Notes under the pieces: model-generated
Seen by the model: the letters and a program-made list of their open reading frames with translations, nothing else
Database searches by the model: none
What the model was told of the DNA's origin: nothing
Shown here: positions 50,604-64,000 of the stretch, in pieces
Numbering within the stretch: the stretch's first letter is position 1
How the letters are laid out: every line of letters starts with the position of its first letter
Translations under genes and position numbers: made by a program
Assembly (NCBI RefSeq): GCF_006345805.1
Contig: NC_042998.1
Span: forward strand, 90,892,001 to 90,956,000
Reading direction: 5' to 3'
Origin: Octopus sinensis
Lineage: Eukaryota
DNA: 64,000 bases

Positions 50604-53600
50604 GTAAGAAGAAACATGCAGATAGTAATTTTTAATTAAACTACTTTCGTTTTCAATTAATTTCTTAAATATTTTTTGTCTAAGGTATTAAATTACCCGG
50701 ATAACATTAATTCATTATAACCTCAAAGCACCGGTAAAATGAAATGCTACTGAAATTCACGTGTACATGGTTTATACAATTCCCCATATTTCCTGCTCAT
50801 GCCGTGTGTATCTGAGTTAAAATTGTTTTATCATTCATATAACTGCAAGAAAACTCATCATGTACGATAGTTTGGAGTAATCGTGTAAATTTAACATCCG
50901 TTGCTAATTCAGTAATTAATATGAACGGGTATTGAGATCTAAGATGTTGCGTGTTTTATCTATTCTAGAATCTAATTAATAACGTCAGTTCAAATTTCAT
51001 GAAGACCAACACTGCTTTTTATTTGTCAGGAATCTTTAAAATACACATTTACACACAAACTAAAACATTCTTGCTTTTAAAATTAGCATCGTCCTCACTT
51101 CAATGAAATCAATATGATCAGAACATATGGGGAAATAGTTTCTACGTGTAATATATATATTTCCTTTTTTCAGACTACAAAGAGTAATTTAAATGAGATT
51201 TAGCTGCTGTTTCTGGCAGGTTGAGAGATCGCTTGACTTTCTTCTCATCATCCCACGACGTAGTTTTACAACTCCGACCCTACATCAAGCCCCTAGAAAG
51301 CCAGGTCTAAACAAAATAAAAGTTCCATCTTATGAAATGCCCTCTCATTCAAGACAACATAAAATATAAACTACTCACGTTCAACTACAAATACATTACA
51401 CGCACATACAGAAGGAAATGGTAATAAGAATTACTAACAATACTACAGTATTCGCAAGATCTATGAAGACATAGTCAAGCAATGCATGAACACATTAAAA
51501 GTAGGTATTTTGGTAGCCACCACATTTGGCAAACATAAAGTAACAAAAACACTAATCATTGTCGTCGTCGTTTAACGTCCGTTTTCCATGCCAACAAGGG
51601 TTGGTACTGTTTGACAGGAGCCCACAAGCTAGAGGACTACACCAAGCTCCAGTGTCTGCTTTGGCATAGTTTATATGGCGAAATGCACTTCCTAATGTGA
51701 ACCAAATGTTACACTCACTATAGTAAATCCATTATGGATTATGCCATTCCTGTCTGGGACCCTCTTTTTTCTATAACAAAATATAAAGAACACAAAGTAA
51801 CATGCTTTGCATTATTACTGGCAGTCAAAACAGCAATAAAAATATTCAAATTGAAAGACCACCTAAATATGTGAAAAGCACAAACTGTTGCTGCAACAAG
51901 CTCAGTGCTTGTCACGACATGTTTAGTCACGCTTAGACTTCTAGCACCGCACTATCGTAGGAAAACCATCCTTTTTACTTAGTCCCAAAATATGAAGACA
52001 AACAAAAAATAACAATATCAATAATCTCCTTAGCTTCAAGCCCTGTGTTGTGTGCTCTAGCTGTAGCTACTTTGCCTGTTTCTGTTATAGCCATCACAAG
52101 AATCTCATTAGTCAGGTGCCCTCCCTGTGCCCAGAGTTTTGCTTGCAAAACTCTCTGATTCTCCTGTGTTGTGCTGCATGCATACAACCAGCCAGGCTCT
52201 TGTTTCCAGTCCAGTCTTTGATGTCATTAGTCCTCAAATGTCTTTGATGGCCTCTTACTGTCTTCCCTCTCCATACTTCCTGTAAAGATGGCCGTGGACA
52301 ATGACTCATGTATCTCCAAAATACAATAGCTTTGTGCACTCAACAATAGGTGTGTTTGGACTTATAGCTGTTCTTGTGCTGCAGTGTTTGTTACTCTGTC
52401 TTTCTAGCTTATTTTGCCCAATCCATGAAAGATCCACTTCTCAAAGGCATCTATCTTCTTTTTCATTGATCAGTACATTGCCACATAGCTGCCTCATAGA
52501 GGACAATTGGTGTATAGGTTCTTGTGTATGCTTTGACTATGTACACTGGAACTTATAGATCATCATCATCATCATTTAACGTCCGTTCTCCATGCTAGCA
52601 TGGGTTGGACGGTTTGACCGGGGATCTGGGAAGCCAGAAGGCTGCACCAGGCTCCAGTCTGATCTGGCAGTGTTTCTACAGCTGGATGCCCTTCCTAACG
52701 CCAACCACTCTGTGAGTGTAGTGGGTGCTTTTTACGTGCCAGGCGAGGCTGGCAACGGCCACGATCGGATTGGTGCTTTTTACGTGCCACTGAAGGCAGT
52801 GCTGCAATCGGCCACGTTCGGATGGTGCTTTTTACATGCCACCGGCACGGAAGCCAGTCTAGGCGGCGCTGGCATTGGCCACGTTCGGATGGTGCTTTTT
52901 ACGTGCCACCGGCACGGGGATCACCACTGCAGTTTCCATTGATTTTTGATGTTGGTGTCCTTGACTCAATGGATCTCCACAAGCACAGGGTCAAAATGGT
53001 GTTTCTTTACTTGCCACCTGCACAGGAGTCAGTCCAGTGGCCCTGGCAACTGCTGGGTGTCAGTCATAGGATTGGTTCAATTTCGAATTCGATTTCGACT
53101 TCACTTGCCTCAACAGGTCTTTGTGTGTCCAAGGAAGGAAAGGCATGCATAAGTGGGCTGGCTACATCCCTGGCAAGGGACACGGGATGGACTCACTTGT
53201 CCTGCTGGGTCTTCTCACACACAGCATATTTCCAAAGGTCTCGGTCACTAGTCATTGCCTCGGTGAGGCCTAAAGTTCGAAGGTCGTGCTTCACCACCTC
53301 GACCCAAGTTTTCCTGGGTCTACCTCTTCCATGGGTTCCCTCAACTGCTAGAGATTGGCACTTTTTCACACACCTATCTTCATCCATTCTCACCACATGA
53401 CCATACCAGCGCAATCGTCTCTCTTGCACACCACAGCTGATGCTTCTTAGGTCCAACTTTTCTCTCAAGGTACTTACACTCTGTCGAGTATGTACACTGA
53501 CATTACACATCCATCGGAGCATACTGGCTTCATTCCTCATGAGCTTACGCATGTCCTCAGCAGTCATGGCCCATGTTTCACTGCCATGTAGCATGGCTGT

Positions 53601-56600
53601 TCGTATACATGCATCATACAGTCTGCCTTTTACTCTGAGCAAGAGGCCTTTAGTCACCAGCAGAGGTAAGAGCTCCCTGAACTTTGCCCAGGCTATTCTT
53701 ACTCTAGCAGTTACACTTTCAGCACCCCCACCCCCACTACTGATTTGATCACCTAGGTAACGGAAGCTATCTACTACTTCTAGTTTTTTTCCCCTGGAAA
53801 GTGACGGAAGTTGTTTTCAGCAGATTTTCAGTGTTTATTGCTCCTGAGCATCTGTCACATACAAAAACTATCTTCCCAGTTAGCCTTCCTTTGACATTGC
53901 TGCATCTCTTATGTGTCCATAGCTTACACTGGGTACATCTTATAGAGTTTCTACCTATGCCTTTTCTACAGATCGCGTTTTCTACTGAAGGCGTTTGTGG
54001 TTTGTCTACCTTCCTACTTATTAGGTCTTTTGTTTTAGCTAGGTTGACTCTAAGGCCCTTCGATTCTAATCCTTCCTTCCACACCAGAAACTTCTTCTCC
54101 AGTTCTGATAGTGACTCAGCAATTAGAGCAAGGTCGTCAGCATAGAGGAGCTCCCAGGGGCATCCTGTCTTGAATTCCTCTGTAATTGCCTGGAGGACTA
54201 TGATAAATAGGAGGGGGCTGAGGACTGAACCCTGGTGGACCCCAACCTCTACCTTGAATTCTTCAGTGTACACGTTGCCAACCCTTACCTTACCTTACTT
54301 ACAGCATCCCTGTACATGGCTTGCACAGCTTTCACTAGCCATTCATCTATCCCTAGTTTCCTCACTGACCACCAGATAAGGGATCGGGGGACCCTGTTGA
54401 AGGCTTTCTCCATCTCAACGAAAGCCAGGTACAGGGGTTTATCTTTGGCTAGGTATTTCTCCTGCAGCTGTCTCACCAGAAATATGGCATCAGTGGTGCT
54501 TTTCCTTGGCGCGAAACCAAACTGCATCTCGTCCAAGTTGACTCCCTCCCTAATCAATTGGGCTATGACCCTTTCCGTAACCTTCATTACCTGATCCAAC
54601 AGCTTGATACCCCTGTAATTATTTGTATCTAGGGCGTCACCTTTACCTTTGTAGCAGTTGACTATTATGCTGCTACACCATGGGTATGACTCCTTCGTGT
54701 ATCACCTGGTTAACTATACGGGTGACTAGGCTATAGCCGACACTATAAAAAAATAAAAACACAACAAAAACTGCATATTGGAATGTGCAGTAAGGTCTTC
54801 AATCAATTAGAAGCATGATATTTAAAATATCGGCTATCTAGAATGCATCCAGTTGTTTGACCAACTACCTGTGTTCCATTAGCTACTACATCAGTGTTCA
54901 TTAAGGTCACACAATAACAATCACCTGCTTAAATTTTATATTTTAATTCAATTAAGACAAAAAATTTCTGGGTACAGAAAAACAATTAAAATTTTTCTGT
55001 GATTCATTGAGATTTCCTTATAATTCTCAGCATATTTTTTACTGTAATTTGCTTTGCATCCTATTTTATGATTGCTCACCAGAGAAAGTTAAATTCAGTC
55101 CTATAAATCTATAATCATCATGTAATGTCTAACATAAGGGAGATTGACAAACCCCGTCCATTACCAAGCCATCATGGCAGAATTTGAACTCAACACTGCA
55201 GGCTTACAGAAAATATCACTTACACAAGTGCTGCAATACAGAAAAAGAATTCTTCTTACATTATCTGGAAAAAAAATCACCAATCATCCCCAGTTAAGTA
55301 ATTTTCAACCATCTCAAAAATGATTACAAATGCAAAGCTTTGCACAGCTTGTAAGAGCTCTAACTGTCCAAATTAGAATCCTCTTACCTATTCAATCCCA
55401 GTCAAGATGACTGTAAGAAACAATCTTGAAGAAAAACCTAATATACACATTTAAACTCCTTACTAAGTACATTTCTTCTATCCTAGTCTACAGAAACATT
55501 TGATGGTGCTTCACTTTCGATAGAAAAGTAACATTTCCCTCACTTCCAACATCTCAGAGGTGTTGAAAACTGCTGGAAACAATAATTCACTTCATCACCT
55601 TGAGTCTGTCTCTCTTCTTGGTTCACTCTATAGTTTCATAGAACCAGGTCTATTGGAGAAGTGTTTGTCTGTATTACTCTGTAAGTTCTTATGCTCTTAA
55701 GAACTACTGTAAAAGCAATACTGGCTCTTTGTTGATTACAACAAGGGTTCCAGTTGATCTGATCAAACAGAACAACCTGCTTGTGAAATTAATGTACAAG
55801 TCACTGAGCACTCCACAGACATGTACTCTTGATGTAGTTCTGAGGGAGATTCAGCTTGACACAGGATTTGACAAGGCCCGTCCTTTGAAATACAGGTGCT
55901 ACTCATTTTTGCCAGCGGAGTGGTCTTGAGCAACATGAAATAATATGGTTTTTTTTTTTCAAGGACACAACATGCTACCAGGTATCATACTCACAACCTT
56001 ACAATTGTGAGCTGAATACTCTAACCACTAAGCCATGCTCCTTCACTGTGAAGTCAATATTGTTACCTTCAATATCAGTGAAGCCTTTGATTATGTTTCT
56101 TTTTCTGTTGTTTCTATTACTGGATGCCCTTCCTAATGCCTACCACTTTACTGAGTGTACTGGGAGCTTTTTATGTGGCACTAGCCCCAGTAGGGTCACC
56201 AAGTAACTTGCAATCAGCTGAAAGAGGGAGTGGAACTGAGGGAAGTGGCTGCGTGCCAAGTGAGAGATTAGAGTATGGGAGAGGCACATAGTTGCCTTAC
56301 TATAGAGGAGATATATGGCTACCCTAGTTGGGTGAAGAAGGGGAGAGAGAAAGATAGAGAGACAGAGTAAGAGAAATACTGTTGGTGATGCATTGTGACC
56401 TACCCATTGGGAATAACAGCAGGTGGAGTATAAGTAGTAAAGGGGTGATAGAGGGGGATGTTGCGCATGAGTTTGAGAGGAGGTGTTTAGAGACAGAGAA
56501 GACATGACTGTAGTGATACTGAGTGAAATAGGAGTGGCTGAGAATAGGGTATGATAGATATGTGAGGGCATGGAGAGCACACGGATTGGCATTTAGGGAG

Positions 56601-59600
56601 AGTGGAGATACCTGCAGTGGATGGTGGTATGGGGTGTGTTGGGAAGAAGGGTTGTGGAGTAGTTTTGACAGATGATGCATATATGGATGGCCATATATAC
56701 TGCTTTCTAGGTTTTGCTATGTAGCCTTGATTTTGTCTACTCCATTCCCTAATGTTGGATTTTTAGTTGCATACACAGCAACCCCAGCTGCTAACCATGT
56801 ATTACATAATTTTTTTCAGCTTATTGAATTTTGATATAGGAAAAATTTACAACCTGTATCAATAAACCATTATGTTCCTGAAGTTGTTTTTTATACATTT
56901 TATGGGGGAGAATTCACAAAAAAACAGAAGACAAAGACAGTTGGTGTAGACAACAAACAGATGTATTAGTTTAAAACTTGGGAAGTGAAAAAGTCTTTAA
57001 CGTTTCAAGCCTATGATCTTCCACAGAAAGAAACAAGGAGAGAAAATAAAGAATGTGTAGTGGCTAGCAATCTCTCATGGCAAATGCTGGACAGAGGGGT
57101 CACACAGAAGAACTAGGAAGAAGGGGAGATAATAAAGTAGTGGTGATCCCAAAACGAAGGTGCACATGCATGTGTATAAGAGAGCATGTATGTGCGTGTG
57201 GAAGAGTGCTGGTGGCCTTGAAGTATGTGTAGGTGTGTGGATGATGGTGTGTGACTGGGAAGTGGTCAATGCTAGTGTGTGCATGTTGGTGTTGTGTGAT
57301 ATGGTGGTGTGGGGAAAGCAAGGGTGGGGTGTGGGAATGGGTGGGTGGGGTGGGGTTATGAGGAAGGGTTGACGATGACAGGAGAGGGGTATAATTATAT
57401 ATATATATATAAGACAGTATGTGTGTGCTTATGTTCCTTATGGATTTGAAAACTGAGTTGCCGATTTTGACATAGGAGGTATCAAAAGATTCAGTAACCT
57501 TTCAGCTACCAAATAAAATATGTTTTTTGCACGACAACTCTTTCTTATGCAAAAATTATCTCGAAAACGTGGTCAGGTCGCACAATTTTGAGGTCTTTAG
57601 CTAAGGGAGGCAACTCTGCTTGAACAATTTTTATGTCTCAGATAGAGCATAATGAGAAAATGTTTAAAATACATGGAGTTTTACCAGGGAATGAAACTTC
57701 GAAGATATACTGTCAACTTTATTAGTATTATTTAGTAGATAATCTTTTAATGTGAAGTATGTTTGTCTGTGTTTTAGCCCAGAGTTGCCTCTGATATTAC
57801 AGACCCATCGCATAGTTTTTTTTTCTTCCTGAAATACTGTAAATTTGTGTCTTTCTTTTGATGAAAGGGTGTGTTTTAAGAGTGATTTGGCTGCTATTTG
57901 TAGTTACCACGGAGACACCTTTGTGTATGTATGTGTTTTGTTGTGAATATTTTGCACAATAATTTTTAAAGAAATCTGGACATCTTTCTTACTGCTAACT
58001 ATTCAACCTTTAGCCACAGGAAAACATCTTTTCCAGTTGGAAGTCAAGTAGACTGATATGTATATATAATGTTGTCGTATAGAGTGGAAGTTCAATACAA
58101 AGTTTTCAACTCATTATCTTGTGGTTAGTAATCCATTACCTTGAATTTGAAGTCATTAAGTCTTTAAACATTCTTTTACTGGGTTTAGTCTTTTGACTGT
58201 CATCATGATTAAACCAATCATACTGACCTCAGTACATATTTCAATCTGGCATTTATTTTATAGGTCCCTGCTTGATGAACTAACTTTGAGACATAGTTGG
58301 ATAAAATACTTGATTTAACACCAAATGTAAACACATACACACACATATTACGTGCAAGAATGACTGTGTGGTTGAGAATTTTGCTTCCCACCTATATGGT
58401 TCCATGTTCAGTCCCTCTGCATGGTACCTTGGGCAAATGTTTTCTACTATCGCCCCAGGCCAACCATGGATTGCTGACTGAATTTGGTAGACAGAAACTG
58501 CAGCATTGTTTTATAAAGAAAAGTTGTTTGCTTCATACTCCTCATATGCTGATTCTTTCCATAAGAAAGGAACAAATAATAAAGTGTGGCTATAAGTCAT
58601 AACACCCTGGCAACCCCAGGAAGCATTGCTAGTGTGTGTGTGTGTGTGTGTATATATATCACATGTGTTGTTCTCTATCAATCTGTTTTTCCCTAGTGCC
58701 AGTTAGTTACTATATATGTTGTCAACCAATATATATGGGATATTTAAAAAATAACAGTTAAGGTAATTGATCTGAACATAGATCATGTAAACACATTGCT
58801 ATCTTATCTATGGCTTTTCTTTTCTTTTTTAATTAAATGGAACTTCAAGAAAGGTTGCAAACTGCATTTATGAAGAGCAACCTGGAACTTACAAATGGGT
58901 CAAAAGCTGAAAAATAATATAAACTCAAGTGTATATGTGGCTGTGTGGCTAAGAGGTTTGCTTCCCAATCACATGGTTTCAAGTTCACTTCATGCTGCAG
59001 GACATCTTGGGCAAGTGTCTTTTACTATAGCCTCAAGTCAATCAAAACCTTGTGAATGGATTTAGTTGCTGGAAACTGAAATATGCCTCTGTGTGTGTGT
59101 GTATGTGTGTTATGGTCTTCCTGTCTTGACATCATGTGATAGTTGTAAAGATGTGTCCTTCATTTCCAATGATAACTTGCTCATGGGGAAATATTACTTT
59201 GCCTGGAAACAAGTGTAGATTGGTAACAGGAATGGTATCTGGCTATAGAAAATCTGCCTCAACAAATTCCATGTGATTCATGCCAGCATGGAAAAGTGGA
59301 TGTTAAATGGTGCCGCATTAAAAGCACTGGTGCTAGTGCTGTATAAAAAGCACCCTGTACACTATTGAGTGGCTGGCATTAGGAAGGGCACCCAGCTGTA
59401 GAAACCATGCCAGAACAGACAATAGAGCCTAGTGTGGTCTCTGGTCAAACTGTCCAACCCATGCTAACATGGAAAATGGACATTAAATGATGGTGATGAT
59501 GATGATGGTCATATGTTTATTCACAATCTCTTGTTTCTTTAATTATAGAAGAAAAAAGAAAAGAAGGTAAAAGACCGGGCCATTATAACCTATGATATTC

Positions 59601-62600
59601 AAACGCCAAAGGGCGAGAAAAAAGGTAGGAAGCTTTTATTCAATTTTCTTTCTAAAAATAAATGTGTTGTTATTGCAGAATATTTTACAGCTACAAAATT
59701 CTGAATATTGTCAGGTCATATTTATTGATATTTATTTCTAAATCTTTCGATTATTATATTGAATTATATTCATTATGAAAAAGCAAAATCAATTAAACTG
59801 TTACATAAAAGTATTTAGAAAGAATCTAGCTTAACACCATTACAAGTCTGTCTTCTAAAAGAAGGCAAGTGTGAATTGATGGTGTTCTTTATTTATATTT
59901 ATCCCACCTCTTTTTATATTTTGTTAATCTTAAAATTCTTAATTGTTTATTCAAACCCCAATCTATAACTTCTTACTGTATTATAAACAGAATGTGTAAA
60001 GGTCAGTGGTCTAGTGGTTAGGATGTTCGAATCACGATTATGAAGTCATGTTTAATTCTTGCACTAGTTAGTGCATTGTGTCCTTGAGCAAGACATTTCA
60101 TTTGAGATAGCTCCAGTTTACTTAGCTGTAAATGAGCACCAGCCAGGGTGCTGATGCAGCACACTTGGTGCTGAGAAAGTGTTTGTGTCTGCTCACAACT
60201 ATATAGGCATTGAAAACAACTAGCAAAAGCATGGTAAAGGTTACTGAGCCATGCTTGGTCATGATGACAGTTAGCTATCCATTAACAACACCCTTATTTG
60301 TTATTTCCTAACATAGCATTTCAGAATAATTTAGATTGCATTTTTGTTTGTATCATTCATCAAGTAACAACCATTTCTTCCTAATCATTCTAACAGGCTT
60401 TGCTTCTAACTGAATTTATTAGCATTTTACTTGCAAATGAATTTAACATTGTTTAAGGCCCAATTGAAGTAATCTACCATCAAAAGCAAGCTTTGCAGTA
60501 TTTGCTTTAGACATTTTACAGAATCTTAATCTTTTAAACTTTAACTTCTAACCAACCAGTGAAGTTGAAACTCCTCAAATGAACCCTAAATAAAAACTAA
60601 GACATTATTAGTCTGCAACTCTTAAGGTTCACCACGAAATAACATCATAGTAGAACAGTGCAATCTATGTATTATAAGCAGAAAACCAATGTATTTAAGC
60701 AAATGAAATAATGAAAACCATTAATAGTAATTTCTTTTTGTTGAAGAATCCTTATATGATTTTCTAAAAATCACAGAACCCATATCAATATTTTGCAGAC
60801 AGCCACTACTGATCTAGTAAGACCTTAAATGGAATAAAAATTTATTCACATAATATTACTTTGAAATAGTGAATTTTTTTTTATAGAATAAGTTTTTTTT
60901 ACAGTTTTATTAAAAGATCCCTTATTTTATAGAACTCCCAAATTTTTTCCATGGAACCCACTTTGAAAAACATTCCAGTCTAAAAACATCTATTTTTAGA
61001 ATTTTTTTTTTTTTCTGTATTCAGATACCAAATGTCCTATGCCAGATGCATACAGCCCACAGTATGTGGAAGCTGCTTGGTATGACTGGTGCGTTAAATG
61101 TGGCTATTTCAAGCCAGAATATGCTTTAGTAAGTTGTTTATACTTCAATTTTAAAAACTTTTATTTTTATGCTAGCATAGTTTAGATAGGGAGTTTTTAG
61201 TCCATCATTGCAACCATTTTTGCTACTTTATTCTTTCAATAATATTGTATAAACAATAAGTTTTAATAATATGGAATGTTCTTGCTAACTTAATAGAATG
61301 TAAATATGTATATATCTGTGACAATATATGTTTCTCATCTACTCTTCTGTCTTTACATTATTAACTTGCCAAACGTATATTATTAATTTTAGGCAATAAC
61401 TCTCGTTCACCCATTTTTTCTCTGACTACTCACTGGTACTGAATTAGATGTTTTTTTAATTAATTGTCACACTACCGCTTTATGAAACTTACTGGTATAT
61501 AGTAACTGGATCACAATCTTTGATGCTATTAAAAAAAATTAAAACTATTAACTTTAAAAAGAAATAAAGAATAAAATATCAATACTTAATTCTCACAAGA
61601 TCGCAAATTCTTTATGTTAATTGTTATTTTTTCAGTCTCAAAACAAAGGAGGTCCACCACCTGAAAAATTCATTATGGTCATTCCTCCACCAAATGTAAC
61701 TGGTTCCCTTCATTTAGGCCATGCTTTAACTAATGCTGTTGAAGATACCATAACAAGATGGTTTGTTGATATTTTGTTTCAGTTTCTGGAATATTTGTTT
61801 CAAAATTTAGTTTCTCCTTTGTAAAATTATCTTCATATTCAGATAAATAATTGTTTAAAGAAATTCTACATTGATCTGAGGTCCTCTTTCTGTTACTGCT
61901 CCTCTTAATTCTAATCCAAATTTACATATTTCATTTCTTATGTGTATTCTGCTGTTTCTGATTTAATTGTTTCTATTTTGATCAGAGAACATCTGAAGAC
62001 ATATTTCTTCATTCTTTAAATGAAATAGTGGACATGAAACACTTACTTTACCTTTTTCACCCCGTGGAGTCCAAAAATACTTCAATTCTGATCAATTGCT
62101 ATCCCATTACTAATTATTTTCTATACCATACTGTTACACATCACTAATAGTGTATCCACCCCACAAATATAAACACACCCATTCATAATCAATAACTTTA
62201 AAAAAAAACTGTTTGCTGGTTTGGCAATGATTCTCTTATTGCTCACATTTGTCTGCTCTTTCCCCACCATGCTTTCCCTTCGATATATTTTCCAAATATG
62301 TTAATTATATCCACTTAGTCTCACTCTTTATTCAATACACATTACCTTTCATTTGTTTCATCCCAACAGATTTAGACAAAAAATTTAAGCAACTTTTCCT
62401 TGCAGAACTGCTCCTTTTTGGATCCTGTATACGGTTTTCTAAACAACATGCAATAATTTAAACTAAAAACCAACTTTATGTATCTTGTTCTATCACTGAG
62501 CCAACAAAACTCAGAAAATATAAAACAAATCGAGTTAGTATACAGGATCCAAAAAGAAGCAGTTCTGCAAGGAAAAGTTGCTTAAATTTTTTTGTCTAGA

Positions 62601-63200
62601 TAAAGCAAATGAAGCAACTAGCTCAATTTTTGCTGATTGTGATAATGTTTGTTTTTGTAAACTTTTATGAAGCAATACTAAATTAAGAATATCATTTCTT
62701 GTTCTCTTATTTAAATAGTCAATATATTTCTCTCTCTCTCTCTCTTTTTTTTTTATCTTACTGTGTTTTATTATGGGCAGTGTGCATGTACTTCTAGCTT
62801 TCATTGCTGTCTTTCTTTATGGGATTTATATGTCCGTTTTCTGTCTCCTTTTTTAATATTTCCTGATGAGTTATGGTGTACCTGAGCACTGTCTACAATA
62901 AGCTCGTTATTATTATTAAACTGTTTTTGCATTTTATAGTGATATATGTTGCAAGACATGCATAAAATTAGTACCAGCTATTTGTTTTGTTCTTATTGAA
63001 GATTAATTTCCAATGTTACTTTTTAATTTTCTCAGGCATCGCATGAACGGTAAAGCAACGCTGTGGAACCCTGGTTGTGACCATGCAGGTATTGCTACAC
63101 AAGTTGTGGTGGAGAAGAAAATTTTTAAAGAACAGGGTATCACTCGACATGAACTTGGTAGAGAAAACTTTCTAAAAGAAGTATGGAAATGGAAAAATGA
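50433..63200 (+). CDS. VARS1: Valine--tRNA ligase (cytosolic type), 5' part; the gene continues beyond the window
   Basis: Exons 50433-50603, 59549-59624, 61025-61128, 61636-61760, 63036-63200, with consistent phases. Motifs: [52 protein letters not shown] (HIGH motif), [18 protein letters not shown]. Confidence 0.95.
52560..54745 (-). mobile_element. 5'-truncated RTE LINE (frameshifted RT) with SINE-like 3' region and (GAT)n tail, in VARS intron 1
   Basis: [66 protein letters not shown]; the 3' region carries GGCGTTAGGAAGGGCATCCAGC. Confidence 0.92.
58925..59510 (+). mobile_element. tRNA-derived SINE(s) ending in a (GAT)n tail just upstream of VARS exon 2
   Basis: GGCTGTGTGGCTAAGAGGTTTGCTTCCCAATC head; GGCATTAGGAAGGGCACCCAGC core; ttaaatgatggtgatgatgatg. 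Confidence 0.75.
59549..59624 (+). CDS. VARS1: VARS coding exon 2
   Basis: [25 protein letters not shown]; tatag acceptor and G|gtagg donor. Confidence 0.88.
59998..60200 (+). mobile_element. tRNA-derived SINE (V-domain-like), degenerate
   Basis: GGTCAGTGGTCTAGTGGTTAGG head; GTGTCCTTGAGCAAGACATTTCATTT. Confidence 0.6.
61025..61128 (+). CDS. VARS1: VARS coding exon 3
   Basis: [35 protein letters not shown]; donor GTAAGT. Confidence 0.93.
61636..61760 (+). CDS. VARS1: VARS coding exon 4 (HIGH motif)
   Basis: [42 protein letters not shown]; donor GTTTGT. Confidence 0.93.
62370..62601. repeat. 63-bp inverted repeat with a spacer of about 105 bp in VARS intron 4
   Basis: 62370-62432 pairs with 62538-62601 with only about 3 differences. 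Confidence 0.9.
63036..63200 (+). CDS. VARS1: VARS coding exon 5
   Basis: [55 protein letters not shown]; donor GTAAGG. Confidence 0.95.
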
Positions 63201-64000
63201 GTAAGGAACATTTTGTCATCATGTGTTTTCTCTCAGTAATTGGAAGACATATTGTGAAGAATAGCAGTTAAAGATATATTCTATAATGTAATATAAGACA
63301 GTAATGTATGTTTATGGAAGCATCTTTAAGTTAGCATTACATTTTTGACTCAGTTGGTAGACTAGGCAAAAGAAAAAGAAGAAAATTGTAAAAGTAACAG
63401 TTTCTAATTTTATAAATGGATGGAAGTAATACTGCATAAAAGCATCTGAGAATGCATCTAGTTATTAAAATTCATTATTTTCACTATTCTCCACTTAAGC
63501 CATTTTCTAATGTGTCATATTTGATTTCTCTAAATATAGTCAATACGTTAATTTATTTAATATACCATCTATATTTAGAAAAATCAAAGTTAAAATAACT
63601 GTCATTATTGAACTGTTGTTTGGAATATAAATTAACATGTAATTTTAATGGCAGTTTTAATTTAGAATCAATGACAAAAAAGGGAATTTGTAATATAGAA
63701 CTAAGGGCTAGTTCAGGTGGATTGGCATCAAAAGGGTTAATGAAGCTCAATCTATAGTATTCTTTAGCTCCACTCACAGACAATTCTGTTACAACTAAAT
63801 ATACCCCTTGAAGTTACCAAAAAATTGTCTTTACTGCTTAGTTTAGAAATACCATATTTCTGCTCAAATGCCTTGCTTTTGTTTCAATTAATTTTGGTAC
63901 CTCACAGCAGAAGTGTTAAGACTGATTCTGCTGGTGGTGTAAAGCACTTGCAGTAGTTCCACGTAAAAGTACCCATGTGGCATCACATAAAAGTGCCCTT

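Overview
AT-rich eukaryotic genomic DNA, most likely an octopus (coleoid cephalopod); this is inferred from the intron-rich genes and the SINE/RTE repeat families and was not verified by a database search. Four intron-containing genes were rebuilt by hand from splice sites and translation. (1) A complete UAP56/DDX39B DEAD-box helicase (minus strand, 9 coding exons, 426 aa). (2) A bublin/C9orf16-like coiled-coil protein (plus, 2 coding exons, 101 aa). (3) A complete PTGES2/mPGES-2 with a CPFC motif (minus, 6 exons, 402 aa). (4) The first five coding exons of valyl-tRNA synthetase (plus, running off the window). The layout is DDX39B<- ->BBLN-> <-PTGES2 <- ->VARS. The main observation is that the human orthologues lie in the MHC class III region (DDX39B, VARS1) and in its 9q34 paralogon (BBLN, PTGES2), and here they alternate in one tight block, which suggests a retained proto-MHC linkage. 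The DDX39B introns hold non-repeat, structured islands, including a candidate poison exon. Introns and intergenic DNA are full of repeats: tRNA-derived SINEs, RTE and CR1-like LINE fragments, two DD37D (maT) transposase remnants, an internally deleted Gypsy element, MITEs, a non-autonomous Helitron and several fold-back repeats. No CRISPR array, rRNA or true tRNA gene was found.
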